The notes under the pieces: generated by a model
Seen by the model: only the letters and a program-made list of their open reading frames with translations
Databases searched by the model: none
Told to the model about the DNA's origin: nothing
Made by a program: the position numbers and the translations under genes
NCBI GenBank assembly: GCA_964016885.1
Contig: OZ024742.1
Coordinates: forward strand, 52,886,001 to 52,950,000
Direction of reading: 5' to 3'
Source of the DNA: Eledone cirrhosa
Lineage: Eukaryota
Length of the DNA stretch: 64,000 bases
Part shown: piece after piece, positions 17,781 through 35,000 of the stretch
How positions within the stretch are numbered: the stretch's first letter is position 1
Layout: each line of letters opens with the position of its first letter

Positions 17781-18249
17781 TTAGTTGAATTTCTGATAAC
17801 ATTAAAGATCAGATCATTTTATTACATCCAACAAATGTTTATTAAAAATTAGTGAAATATTCTATATTATTCAACAGTGTTTAAAGAGTCGCAATTATAG
17901 GAATGGTATTAACTACAGAGAAAAAGAAATTATAAGTTAAGTGCACTTTCGGTGTTGTCAGAGAAAATATTTAATCTGCTAGGCATCACTGATACTAGAA
18001 CTTGAAGAGAAGAAGAGCATCTAAAACCAGAAGAGTATTAAAAATCTACATAAGACGGAATATATTTCCAAAGAAAAAATCTCAACGTTCAATAATTTCA
18101 TAGAAATTTTATACACAGAAATTTAAATAAAATTAATTTAGTAATTAATTTAAGAGAGAGAAAAAAGCAGAAATAGAATCAGAATAAAAACAAATGTAAA
18201 GTATATATCAAGCATGCGATAAGAATATTTGCTCACTCACACAAGTGTA

Positions 18250-18299
<50 letters not shown>

Positions 18300-18313
18300 T
18301 ACACTTGTGTGAG

Positions 18314-18345
<32 letters not shown>

Positions 18346-19064
18346 TACGTCTACGTATGTGCCTGTATGGATGTATGTGTATATGTATGCATATACGTCT
18401 TTGCATATGTACATTTGTGTGCATATGTGTGTTTGTTTACTTGTGTGCGTATGCGTATGTAAGTATATGTGCACGCGTGTACATTATTTTTTTATTCGAA
18501 CAGACACAAACGTACATACACATTCATATGGACCAAAAGAAAAATAATAATCTTGATTTGCAACAAACTAAAATCTTGGTGTTTATTTTTTTCCTTATTT
18601 TTCTTGTTTGTTTGCTTTTACTATATATTACATTTTTTTTTTTTTGGGGGGGGGGGGGGGGGGTAAACAGTCAGAACGAATTTCCTCTATATTTTGTTTA
18701 TGGATTCTCAGACCTTACAAGTGCTATATATGATAAATCTACTGGCTTTAATATCGCTATTACAAATCTTACTGGCTATGAAACCATAGAATATGTGTAG
18801 ACATTAATTTTACTGAGTTTCTTCTTGTGTTCTTTGTTTCTTTGCTCTTTGTTGTTTTGTTTACTTTTGAATGTTGATTTGTTTTTGTTTTTCTTTTTCT
18901 TTTTGTTTTTTTTTCTTTTACTAAGCTTTACTCGCCAAAATACTATGCAGTATGAAAATATGTAAATGTTCTTTTAATCTATATGAGTGTATTACCTTAT
19001 AACATGTAAGGAGTATATGTAGACATAAATACAGACACACATGTATATATAAAGACACACACAC

Positions 19065-19102
<38 letters not shown>

Positions 19103-19564
19103 ATTTCTGGGTGCGTGTGTGTGTGCGCGTGTTTGTAATCTCAGATCGAATCTCTGAATTTTACTTAGTTTAGACAAAAAATATTTAATAAGTTTATGAG
19201 TGCTCGACATCATTGACATAACGGTACAAGTTTAGCTCGTGTTGATAAAAGATCATAATTTCACATATAAAATAAATATATATTAATTAAATATATTTTT
19301 TTTTTATTAAACATATCCCTGTATATACCTCGCTATATATATTCATTGTACATCTCTCTGTATATGGCTCGTTATATATATTAAACAACCCTGTGTACAA
19401 GCCTCTTATATATATTTATTAATCACATATAAAAATCTGATTATTAATGCCCGGCCTTCAACTTTATATTATAAATTCATTGATGTCGCGCCACTCATAA
19501 CGATATAACATAAATACCGTATACATATTTATTCTAATATATAAAGCAGCTAGCTAGCTATCTA

Positions 19565-21893
19565 TCTAGATAGATAGATATATTTCTTTATTTGCCACAA
19601 GGGCGCACAAGAAAAGGGGAAAATACAAAGACATGCCGGGAATTTTACATACAGTCGTGTAAAAAATATAAAAACAAACAATTGCAACAATCGAAATCCC
19701 CAATAGGGGGGAGGCACCACAAATGAGTTGTTTAATACCCCGTCGATAGAACAACCCTCAACTGCAGGAGCGTGTTGTGCAAGTGCCCCTTTCTTCCTTT
19801 TGCTCTCTTCTTTAACCTACAGGCTTATAAACAGAGAAAGCACAATCACTCGGGCCATTTTCGCTTCATTCACCCACCTTTCAGTAAATTTACTGGGGTG
19901 CAGTGCCTCTCTCCACTCTGATTCTCATTGCAAAGTGATACTTAAAGAAGGGAATCAATTGTTGTCCGGAGAGAAAGGCATCTGTCCTCAGTCCTCTCAA
20001 TCTCGTCCACCATATAACTTCTTTCACCATAGCCAGCTCTGTACAGAGGAAAACCGCCTCTCTTTCGTTTTTGAAAGAGGCTGGCGGTTTTATCCTTATT
20101 ATGGACTCGGCAGTCAATTGGATTTGTCCCATGCGCGACAGCAGTTGTTCTGCATAGTTCCACAGGTGGGTTACGCCCGTGCAGTGTACAATTGCGTGCA
20201 GGACTGTTTCAATGTCCTGCGTGCATCTTGGACACGTCCTCTTAGAAGGATCCCTTCCGGGGCGTCCGTGCCTGTAGATCTTGTCGCGAACCGGTAGAGT
20301 TCCTCGATAGCACTGGCAGGCCAGGGACCTCTGGAAGTTGTCCATAGGTCCCGGGCGGAAAGTCCTACCAAACAGACTGGTGAACTCATCGTCTTCGACG
20401 CCCAGAGTCTCTCCGAGCACGTCGTCGCCCTTGTAACGTACAATCCCTCTATAGAATGTCGAAGTGGAGTCTCCACTGATTGCTGCGCCCGCTTGCCAGA
20501 GGACTGTGAGCGCCTAAGCGCATTCAATGTGCCAGGTGCCCATCGTTTTCGGTCTTTTCTTCACCCAGGACGAGCTGTGGGAAAGCCTGTCTCACAAACG
20601 GTGCCCATACCGGTTGGGGGTCGTTGATGAATACCTGCAAATGCCGTAGCCTCAGCGCATCTTTGCGCATCATCAACCATGGCATTCCCAGCCCTCCCTT
20701 GGAAGGGTGCTGACAGCAGACGGATCTCCTCACCAGCGGATCCTGCTTCTTCCACAGAAACTGGAAGAGCATGCGTTCCATCTTGGCGAGGTGTTCACGG
20801 GAACAAAGCGCGACAGTCAAGCGGTAGTAGATGACGGACGCTATGAAAGTGTTCGCCACCTCCGCTCGACCTTTTAAGGACAGTTTGCACTCTTCCCACT
20901 TCTGGGTGAGTGCAAACACCTTGGCCGTGACCTCGTTCCAGTTTTTCTCCACCTGGAGGTCTGGACCGAACCAGACCCCGAGCAATTTCACTGGTCCGTC
21001 CGTCCAGCGTCCAACGACGCTGTCGGACGTCATTGGTTTGCCTCTCCACGTACCGAGTTGCAAACCGACAGCCTTGTCCGGGTTTAGTTTTGCTCCCGTC
21101 AGCGTTTCGTATTCTTTCAGTAAGTTGCCGATCACCCCGATTTCCGAGGTGCTCGACACCATTACCGTCATGTCGTCGGCATAAGCCCATGCCACTTTGC
21201 GCAGTCCTGATTCTAGAGGGATGCCCTGCAACAGCTCCAATTTTCGCAATAGTGGCTCTAGAGTCAATACATACAGAATGGAGGAGAGAGGGTATCCCTG
21301 TCGAATGGAACGCGTGATTGCGAACGGCTCCGATAGGTAGCCGTTCACCTTGACCCTCGAGAAGATTCTGGTGTGCAGCGCCTCGATCCAGCCTCTGAAA
21401 ACGGGACCGAAATCGGCCGCCTTGAGAACCGCTTCCAAGTATCGATGGTCGACCCTAGCGAATGCCTTAGACTGATCCAAATTGATCAGAGCCCCACCAA
21501 AGCCGGGTTTACTACCCACCCTTTCTATGATGTATCGCATGAGGTTATCGACGACAAGCGCGAACCTCGTCGCTAGCACCTTGGCCAAAATCTTTAACTC
21601 TGTGTGGAGCAGAGTTATGGGCCTGAAGTTAATTTCGTCCCCCTTGTTCTCGTCTTTCCTGATCAGCGTTAATACGCCCTTGCCTGCCCAAATGGGAATT
21701 CTCCCGTTCTGCTGGCAACCGCAGTAGACGGCTTCGAGTACGCCAGAGAACAAGTCCGGCATGCCTATGTAAAACTCATAGGGTAGAGCATCTAGACCGG
21801 GTGACTTGCGTTTCTCGCAGCGGCCTAGAGCGTCCCGTATCTCAGTGTCCATGATTGGTCTTTCGTAGAACTCGGCGTCCGTGTTCGAGAGAC
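19565..21893 (-). mobile_element. 5'-truncated, degenerate Tx1 element (E4) with (TATC)n tail
   Basis: RT ORF 20524-21852 (LDQSKAFARV, RQGYPLS, AYADD, internal deletion after LALVV), frameshifted zf-RVT 19890-20420; 3' end CCCTTGTGGCAAATAAAGAAATATATCTATCTATC. Confidence 0.9.
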
Positions 21894-21944
21894 TAGTTCT
21901 TTATTTATCGACCTTGGTGTCCGTGTTCGAGAGACTAGTTCTTC

Positions 21945-22072
21945 ATTTATCGACCTCGAAAGGAAGAAGGTCAAAGTTGTCCTCGACGAGATTTGATCTT
22001 AGCTGATTTCCAGAAAGAATACCGCAATGATTTCTATCTGCCCTTCTAACAACCCTGCTGATTCAACACCTA
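21945..22072 (-). mobile_element. Older, diverged SINE copy joined to the E4 5' break
   Basis: tttatcgacctcgaaaggaagaaggtcaaagttgtcctcgacgagatttgatc matches the SINE core tttatcgacccc..gatgaaaggcaaagttaacctcggcgggatttgaactc. Confidence 0.6.
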
Positions 22073-22654
22073 TCATTATACCATCGTCTTTAAAGCGTTA
22101 AAAAAGTTTCTTATAGCTATTTTCTGACATATTGAATTGCAGAAGCACGATAAATGTTAATACTAATGCAATTAAAATATACATCCATCATGTTTACAAT
22201 AATGGCATTTGGGTGGAGCTATCAAATGTTAGCAATAGAGAACTGCATAACTGTAAACTACTAAAAGCCATAAAATATTACCGACTTGTCTGTTTAATAG
22301 TATTTTTCACTGCAATATTTCGGTTATTCATTAAAGAGAAAGAAAACAAACATATTTTAAGGAGGTGAGAAATGAACTGAAGCAGACTGCTAGAATATTC
22401 AATACATGTCTTAATTACAGATCATTCATCACGACTATTAACATTTCAACTGTTTATGTTGTTGAGATGAAATTAAAATATAATTAAAAGCAGACAGGTT
22501 ACTAGGGTACCAAATAATGTACGACGATTATATTGTTTTGTTTTAGAAATTATTCTGATATTTCTGTGATGCGAGAAGATTTATACTTAGTTGTAAAGCG
22601 CCTTCACATACTTGTTCATTGCTTGTGATTTAATCAATATATGACTTGGTTAGA

Positions 22655-22790
22655 AAGATGAATTAGCAGAATCATTAATGCACTGTGTTATTTCGTTACG
22701 ATCATCTAAGTTCTGAGTTCAAATTACATTGATGTCGACTTTGAATATCCTTTTTCTTTCCTCCCAATCGATCAAATCAATACCATTCAA
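22655..22790 (+). mobile_element. Degenerate SINE
   Basis: gaattagcagaatcatta..ttctgagttcaaatt..gatgtcgactttg..tcgatcaaatcaatacca. Confidence 0.45.
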
Positions 22791-23269
22791 CAAATGTGAT
22801 TCATTTAGAAGACAATTGGAAGAATCTTTATCCCTTTAGGATTTATATTAGTCTATATTTACTATTGTATTTTCATGGTAAACACTTTATTTCACATAAT
22901 ATCTCACATAATATCGAATCTACGAGATTTTGATATTATTTATTTTGAGAACAATACCTTAACATCAGAAAGAGCATCTGGTTATAGCTGATTAGAACAG
23001 AAAAGGTGAGAGAATTCTTTCCGAATATGCAGGTTTAAATGCTAAAGGGTTAAAGTATAGAACGAAATGCAAAGTGTTATTTGTTCTGTTTGTCTGCACC
23101 ACTGTTAAAGTCACATACCTTACCTGATTTATAAATACACAGGTGTTCATAACCACTTTAATTATAATATATATATACATGTCTATAAACGTGTATACAA
23201 ACGTACATCCATCCATGTATATATATATAAATCGGATGGCATATTCATTTCGTTTTGGTTTATTAAAAT

Positions 23270-23327
23270 CCGTAATCTACATTTCGCTGAGGACTATCAG
23301 TTATGACAGACTGAGCTCCTCAGACGG
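23270..23327 (-). ncRNA. Minimal type I hammerhead ribozyme (PLE-type)
   Basis: ccgt CTGAGGA gct..agc GAAA t gtag a TT acgg. Confidence 0.65.
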
Positions 23328-23444
23328 TAAACCTATAAAACAAGGAAATATTTATTTTTTTTAAATTAAATTTGGAAAAGGTTTACTTTTCTCGTTATAA
23401 GGGGTCGGCCAGACATATGATGCTATTTCCTCAACCCCTTACTA

Positions 23445-24005
<561 letters not shown>

Positions 24006-24076
24006 TACATACATACTTACATTTAAGTATGTGCCGTACTAACAGTGAGAAATGAAATTTCATTTCATTCTATTCC

Positions 24077-25760
<1,684 letters not shown>

Positions 25761-26310
25761 CATAACTCGTGTGTTACACCTCTATTCTTTTAAATATATA
25801 TATATAGAGAGAGAGAGAGAAGTGGTTACACAACAGTTAGTTCACCATACCGAGAACAATTGTTTCACCTTAGCGGATTTTCATCTCGTAATGGACATGG
25901 TTATACGGAACAGGAAGGACAACCGTACGAACGCGCATGCGCAGAAACCGGTCACTTCACACAGGCAATACTAAAATGCGTGTGTGAGGTGTAAGGGAGA
26001 TAACTGCGAAAGTCCGAGAAGTTTTTAGTTGATAAAATTATGATGTTGTTGTAATGACTCAACCCGGAGCTTTGTAGTTTATCAAGAGGTGTTTCGAGAC
26101 GTGTGGACAACGTGTGGAAAATTCATTTCTCGTGTTTAGGCAATCACTTTAGAATATTTATTCGTTCATCAATACATAGTCCACACGACGGATTTCCCCT
26201 TGCGTATGGCTTGGACTTAGTGATAGCTTTCACTTGAATGGAGTAGTCTATACCTTATTCCTTGAGAGACCATACGTGGCTCGCCAGTTTCGTGGATGAA
26301 CGTCTGTCTG

Positions 26311-26348
<38 letters not shown>

Positions 26349-26621
26349 TTTCTCCGCCGAACAGCTCGAGGTTCAATCCACAAACAGATCGCACCTCGAG
26401 CTGTTCGCCGGAGAAACAATTGTAATACGTAATAAATTGAGTTCCGATGCATCACTGATTCTTCGTTTTCCATACTCTGCTCCGTAGGAGCATAGAGTGC
26501 GCAACCGGCATACCGCCTATGGACGCATCCTAGCAACCATACGATATATATATATACATATATATATCATTGCATTATAACATTTTTCTGTATTGTTTCA
26601 TTGTTTTTCCTCGCTGACCTT

Positions 26622-26656
<35 letters not shown>

Positions 26657-26697
26657 CTGGCATTGATAAATATGCTGGGTCCGTCAACCCTTATTAT

Positions 26698-26764
<67 letters not shown>

Positions 26765-26911
26765 AGTATGGGGTTAACAGTACGGATCACATTATGGTCT
26801 GTCGGTTGTGAAGCAGATAAAAAGAGGTGCTTAACGACCTGTATAAATGGTACAAGACGTAGCATTATATATTAATAAAGGATCGGAGTTGATTCAGGTT
26901 TATTTAAAACT

Positions 26912-26965
26912 CCGTTATACATATTTCACTGAGGACTATCAGTATAGCCTGAGCTCTTCAGGCGG
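26912..26965 (-). ncRNA. Minimal hammerhead ribozyme motif
   Basis: ccgc CTGAAGA gct..agt GAAA t atgt a TA acgg. Confidence 0.55.
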
Positions 26966-27147
26966 CAAAACCTAAAATAAACATTGAAAGTTCCTAATAA
27001 ACCTTTAAATTTTGGCCGTCGAAGAAACAATACCACCCGTTCAGCCAACCGCTTGTATCATGAAAAGAAAATCTTTTTCGAGTAAATTATTGGATTTCTC
27101 CAACTTTAATGGTTTATTAGGAACTTTCAATGTCTATTTTAGTTTTG

Positions 27148-27205
27148 CTGTCTGAAGAACTCGGGCTATCTTAATTGATAGCCCACGGTGAAATATGTAT
27201 AACGG
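27148..27205 (+). ncRNA. Minimal hammerhead ribozyme
   Basis: ctgt CTGAAGA actc gggctatc ttaatt gatagccc acggt GAAA t atgt a TA acgg. Confidence 0.7.
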
Positions 27206-27252
27206 GCTTTTAAATAAACCTGAATCAACTGAATATGGCCTCCGATCATTTA

Positions 27253-27294
<42 letters not shown>

Positions 27295-27341
27295 TATATT
27301 ATATATATATATTATATATTATATTATATATATATATATAT

Positions 27342-27406
<65 letters not shown>

Positions 27407-27421
27407 TATATTATATTATAT

Positions 27422-27490
<69 letters not shown>

Positions 27491-27769
27491 TATATTATAT
27501 TATATTATATTATATTATATTATATTATATTATATTATATTACTTTATATTATATTATATTACTTTATATTATACAAACGACAAAAACAAGACCAAATGC
27601 CATAAAATGAAATAGCTCTAGAAAACCTATGGAACAGATCAATAATAATAAATCTACAATAGGAATTGTGATGAAGAGAGAAAAATGTCAATTTACTGTA
27701 CATAAATGAATAAACAGAATTATTAAATATACTTTTATAAAGCGTATTTGCTTTATATATAACTCCGTC

Positions 27770-29056
27770 ATAGCCTGTTCTAAACCTGCTTGAGAAAGGG
27801 GGAAGGTTGGGTGTAGGACCAATACCCCTACTCCGTAAAACACGCACACTCACCACAGAGACCACTATGAATTTTCCGAATCAAAACTAGCATGGGATTG
27901 AGGGACCAATTAAATATGGATTGACTGTGACGGGCCCGTGTCAAAGCCGACATGACATCCAGATTCTAGCTACCCAAGTTTTCCATGCCAAACACATCAC
28001 AAACGTCGCCACTTGTAATATCCACAATTTATATCAAAGCAAAGCTATACCAAGTCGTTAAAAAAAGCAGCCAAATATGATCTAGACATACTGGGGTTAG
28101 CTGAAATGAGGTGAACAGGGATTAGAAAACTTGCCCATGAAGAAGTAACCATCTTGTATTCAGGTCATACAGCTCATATATTGGTATTGTATTGAGGGAA
28201 GAACCTACTAAAGCACTGTAAACGAACGCGTTATAACAGTCCGTTTACAGACCAAGCACGCAAAACTCTTTATCATCTAAGTCGACGTTCCTACAGAGTT
28301 AACAGAGGATAAAAGTAAATTCTATGACCAGGTTCAACAAACGCTGGACAACGCTCCCTTCTATGATATCAAATTACTGATTGCCAACTTCGATGCCAAG
28401 ATATGTAGTAATTGTAAGGATCAAGGAAATGTTATTGGCTCTTCTGCTGAAGACTTTGACGATAATGGAGAGAGGATGATGTCTCGTGGCAGCTTTAATG
28501 AACTTTCGATTTGTAATACATTTTTCAAACGTAATGAGACCCACAAAACGACATGGCACTCACCACACAAAAAACTTACAATGAAATTGATTTCATCTGA
28601 ATCAACAGATAATGGAGATCCTCTGTCAAGAATATTTACAGCTTTTGAGGCGCAGATTACGGTTCTGACCATTATCTACAAACTATGAAAGTACAAGTAA
28701 AATTTTATAAAAATTTCCAAAACATTCAACATCTACAAGCCTTTTTTTAATATTACAAAGCTAAAAGTCCAAGATATAGCTGAAAAATATTGCATCGAAC
28801 TAAAAAGATTGATTTAAATATTTAAATGAGGATGAGGAAATCGAATTTTGAAAAAAAGCAATCAGTGGTGCTGCTAACGCGACAATTGGAAAAGAAAAGA
28901 TGTTCTTGCAAAGAACAATGGAACTTATCTGAAACTTGAAATTTGATTAATGACAGAAAACAAATCAATTTAAAGCGAGATCGAGCAAAAACATAAGACC
29001 AAATCGAGATTTACACTAAAATGCATAATGATGTCAAGCAGGATGTTATAAAGCCT
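27770..29056 (+). pseudogene. Decayed RTE-like LINE APE endonuclease region
   Basis: Broken frames read YDLDILGLAEMR*TG, VTILYSGH, KFYDQVQQTL, NGERMM..LSICNTFFK..HKTTWHSP; many stops and frameshifts. Confidence 0.65.
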
Positions 29057-29058
29057 TG

Positions 29059-32000
29059 CACAACAATCACACACCAAACAACAACCACACACCAAACACC
29101 AACCAAACTACAAAACACCAACCACACATAAACAACAACCACACACCAAACAACAACCACACACCAAACACCAATCACACTACAAAACACCAACCACACA
29201 CCATACAAAAACCACACACCAAACAACAATCACACACCAAACAACAACCACACTAACAAACAACAACCACACTACCAAACAACAACCACATAACAAACAA
29301 CAACACACCAAACAACAACCACACACCAAACAACAAACACACACCAAACAACAACAACACACCAAACAACAATCACACTACCAAACAACAACCACACACC
29401 AAACAACAACAACACACCAAACAACAACCACACTAACAGACAACAACCACATTACCAAACGACAATCACACACCAAACAACAACAACACACCAAACAACA
29501 ACAACACACCAAACAACAACCACACTAACAAACAACAACCACACTACCAAACAACAACCAAACACCAGACAACAACAACACACCAGACAACAACCACACA
29601 CCAAACAACAAACACACACCAAACAACAACACACCAAAAAACAATCACACTGCCAAACAACAAGCACACACCAAACAACAACAACACACCAAAAAACAAC
29701 CACACTAGCAAACAACAACCACACTACCAAACAACAATCACACACAAAACAACAACACACCAAACAACAACACACCAAACAACAACCAAACACCAAACAA
29801 CAACCACACTACCAAACAACAACCACACGCCAAACAACAACAACACACCAAACAAAAACAACACACCAAACAACAACCACACACCAAACAACAACCACAC
29901 TACTAAACAACAACCGCACACCAAACAACAACAACACAGCAAACAACAACACACCAAACACAACCACACACCAAACACCAACCACACTACCAAACAACAA
30001 CCACGCACCAAACACCAACAACACACCAAACAACAACCACACACCAAACAACAACCACACTACCAAACAACAACCACACACCAAACAACAACAACACTAC
30101 CAAACAACAACCACACACCAAACAGCAACCACACACCAAACAACAACAACACACCAAACAACAACCACACTAACAAACAACAACCACACTACCAAACAAC
30201 AACCACACACCAAACAACAACCACACTACCAAACAACAACCACACTACCAAACAACAACCACACACCAAACAACAACAACACACCAAACAACAACCACAC
30301 TAACAAACAACAACCACATACCAAACAACAACCACACACCAAACAACAATCATACACCAAACAACAATCACACACCAAACAACAACCATACACCAAACAA
30401 CAACCACAGTACCAAACAACAACCATACACCAACCAACAACCACACACCAAACAACAACCACACTACCAAACAACAACCACACACCAAACAACAACCACA
30501 CTAACAAACAACAACCACACACGAAACAACAATCACACACCAAACAACAATCAGACACCAAACAACAACCAAACTAACAAACAACAACCACACACCAAAC
30601 AACAACCACAACACACCAAACAACAACCACACACCAAACAACAACCACACTAACAAACAACAATCACACACCAAACAACAATCATACACCAAACAACAAT
30701 CACACACCAACAACAACCAGACACCAAACAACAACCACACACCAACCAACAACCACACACCAAGCAACAACCACACTACCAAACAACAACCACACACCAA
30801 ACAACAACCACACTACCAAACAACAACCACACTACCAAACAACAACCACACACCAAACAACAACCACACACCAAACAACAACCACACTACCAAACAACAA
30901 CCACACACCAAACAACAACCACACACCAAACAACAACAACACTACCAAACAACAACCACACACCGAACAACAACCACACACTAAACAACAACAACACACC
31001 AAACACCAACCACACACCAAACAACAACCACACACCAAACAACAACCACACACCAAACAACAACCCCACTACCAAACAACAACACACCAAACACCAACCA
31101 CACTAACAAACAACAACCACACTACCAAATAACAACCACACACCAAACAACAACAACACTACCAAACAACAACCACACACCGAACAACAACCACACACTA
31201 AACAACAACAACACACCAAACACCAAACAACAACCACACACCAAACAACAACCACACACCAAACAACAACCCCACTACCAAACAACAACACACCAAACAC
31301 CAACCACACTAACAAACAACAACCACACTACCAAACAACAACCACACACCAAACAACAACCACACTAACAAACAACAACCACACTACCAAACAACAACCA
31401 CACACCGAACAACAACCACATACCAAACAACAACAACACACCAAACATCAACCACACACCAAACAACAACCACACACCAAACAACAACCACACACCAAAC
31501 AACAACCACGCTAACAAACAACAACCACACACCAAACAACAACCCCATGACCAAACAACAACCACACACCAAACAACAACCACACACCAAACAACAATCA
31601 CAAACCAAACAACCTCACTAACAAACAACAACACACCAAACAACAACCACGCACCACACAACCTCACTATCAAACAACAACCAAAAACCAAATAACAACA
31701 ACACACCAAACAACAACCACACTACCAAACAACAACCACACACCAAACAACAACCACAGACCAAACAACCTCACTAACAAACAACAACCACACTACCAAA
31801 ACAACAACCACACACCAAACAACAACCACACTACCAAACAACAACCACACACCAAACAACAACCCCACACCAAACAACAACCACACTACCAAACAACAAC
31901 CACACACCAAACAACAACCACACTACCAAACAACAACCACACACCAAACAACAACCACACTACCAAACAACAACCACACTACAAAACAACAACCACACTA

Positions 32001-35000
32001 CCAAACAACAACCACCCAGCAAACAACAACAACACTACCAAACAACAACCACACACCAAACAACAACCACACTACCAAACAACAACCACACTACCAAACA
32101 ACAACCACACACCAAACAACAACCACACTACCAAGCAACATCCACACTACCAAACAACAACCACACTACCAAACAACAACCACACTACCAAACAACAACC
32201 ACACTAACAAACAACAACCACACTAACAAACAACAATCACACACCAAACAACAACCACACACCAAACAACAATCACACACCAAACAACAATCAGACACCA
32301 AACAACAACCACACTAACAAACAACAACCACACACCAAACAACAACCACACTAACAAACAACAATCACACACCAAACAACAACCACACTACCAAACAACA
32401 ACCACACACCAAACAACAACCACAACACACCAAACAACAACCACACACCAAACAACGACCACACTAACAAACAACAATCACACACCAAACAACAATCATA
32501 CACCAAACAACAATCACACACCAAACAACAACCAGACACCAAACAACAACCACACTACCAAACAACAACCACACACCAACCAACAACCACACACCAAACA
32601 ACAACCACACTACCAAACAACAACCACACACCAAACAACAACCACACTACCAAACAACAACCACCATACCAAACAACAACCACACACCAAACAACAACCA
32701 CACACCAAACAACAACCACACTAACAAACAACAACCACACACCAAACAACAACCCCACTGCCAAACAACAACACACCAAACACCAACCACACTAACAAAC
32801 AACAACCACACTACCAAACAACAACCACACACCAAACAACAACAACACACCAAACAACAACCACACTACCAAACAACAACCCCACACCAAACAACAACAA
32901 CACTAACAAACAACAACCACACTACCAAACAACAACCACACACCGAACAACAACCACACTCCAAACAACAACAACACACCAAACATCAACCACACACCAA
33001 ACAACAACCACACACCAAACAACAACCACACTAACAAACAACAACCACACACCAAACAACAACCACACTAACAAACAACAACCACACTACCAAACAACAA
33101 CCACACACCGAACAACAACCACACACCAAACAACAACAACACACCAAACATCAACCACACACCAAACAACAACCACACTACCAAACAACAACCCCACACG
33201 AAACAACAACAACACTAACAAACAACAACCACACTACCAAACAACAACCACACACCGAACAACAACCACACACCAAACAACAACAACACACCAAACATCA
33301 ACCACACACCAAACAACAACCACACACCAAACAACAACCACACTAACAAACAACAACCACACACCAAACAACAACCACACTAACAAACAACAACCACACT
33401 ACCAAACAACAACCACACACCGAACAACAACCACACACCAAACAACAACAACACACCAAACATCAACCACACACCAAACAACAACCACACACCAGACAAC
33501 AACCACACACCAAACAACAACCACACTAACAAACAACAACCACACACCAAACAACAACCCCATGACCAAACAACAACCACACACCAAACAACAACCACAC
33601 ACCAAACAACAATCACACACACCAAACAACCTCACTAAGAAACAACAACACACCAAACAACAACCACGCACCACACAACCTCACTATCAAACAACAACCA
33701 AAAACCAAATAACAACAACACACCAAACAACAACCACACTACCAAACAACAACCACACACCAAACAACAACCACACACCAAACAACCTCACTAACAAACA
33801 ACAACCACACTACCAAACAACAACCAGACACCAAACAACAACCACACTACCAAACAACAACCACACACCAAACAACAACCACACACCAAACAACAACCAC
33901 ACTACCAAACAACAACCACACACCAAACAACAACCACACTACCAAACAACAACCACACACCAGACAACAACTCCACTACCAAACAACAACACACCAAACA
34001 CCAACCACACTAAGAAACAACAACCACACTACCAAACAACAACCACACACCAAACAACAACAACACACCAAACAACAACCACACTACCAAACAACAACCA
34101 CACACCAAACAACAACAACACTAACAAACAACAACCACACTACCAAACAACAACCAAACACCGAACAACAACCACACACCAAACAACAACAACACACCAA
34201 ACATCAACCACACACCAAACAACAACCACACCCCAAACAACAACCACACACCAAACAACAACCACACTAACAAACAACAACCACACACCAAACAACAACC
34301 CCATGACCAAACAACAACCACACACCAAACAACAACCACACACCAAACAACAATCACACACCAAACAACCTCACTAACAAACAACAACACACCAAACAAC
34401 AACTACGCACCACACAACCTCACTATCAAACAACAACCAAAAACCAAATAACAACAACACACCAAACAACAACCACACTACCAAACAACAACCACACACC
34501 AAACAACAACCACACACCAAACAACCTCACTAACAAACAACAACCACACACCAAACAACAACCCCATGACCAAACAACAACCACACACCAAACAACAACC
34601 ACACACCAAACAACAATCACAAACCAAACAACCTCACTAACAAACAACAACACACCAAACAACAACCACGCACCACACAACCTCACTATCAAACAACAAC
34701 CAAAAACCAAATAACAACAACACACCAAACAACAACCACACTACCAAACAACAACCACACACCAAACAACAACCACAGACCAAACAACCTCACTAACAAA
34801 CAACAACCACACTACCAAAACAACAACCACACACCAAACAACAACCACACTACCAAACAACAACCACACACCAAACAACAACCCCACACCAAACAACAAC
34901 CACACTACCAAACAACAACCACACACCAAACAACAACCACACTACCAAACAACAACCACACACCAAACAACAACCACACTACCAAACAACAACCACACTA

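Larger units (their letters stand above)
26868..27258. repeat. Inverted repeat pair, each arm carrying a hammerhead motif
   Basis: 26868-27010 is a diverged reverse complement of 27105-27258. Confidence 0.8.
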
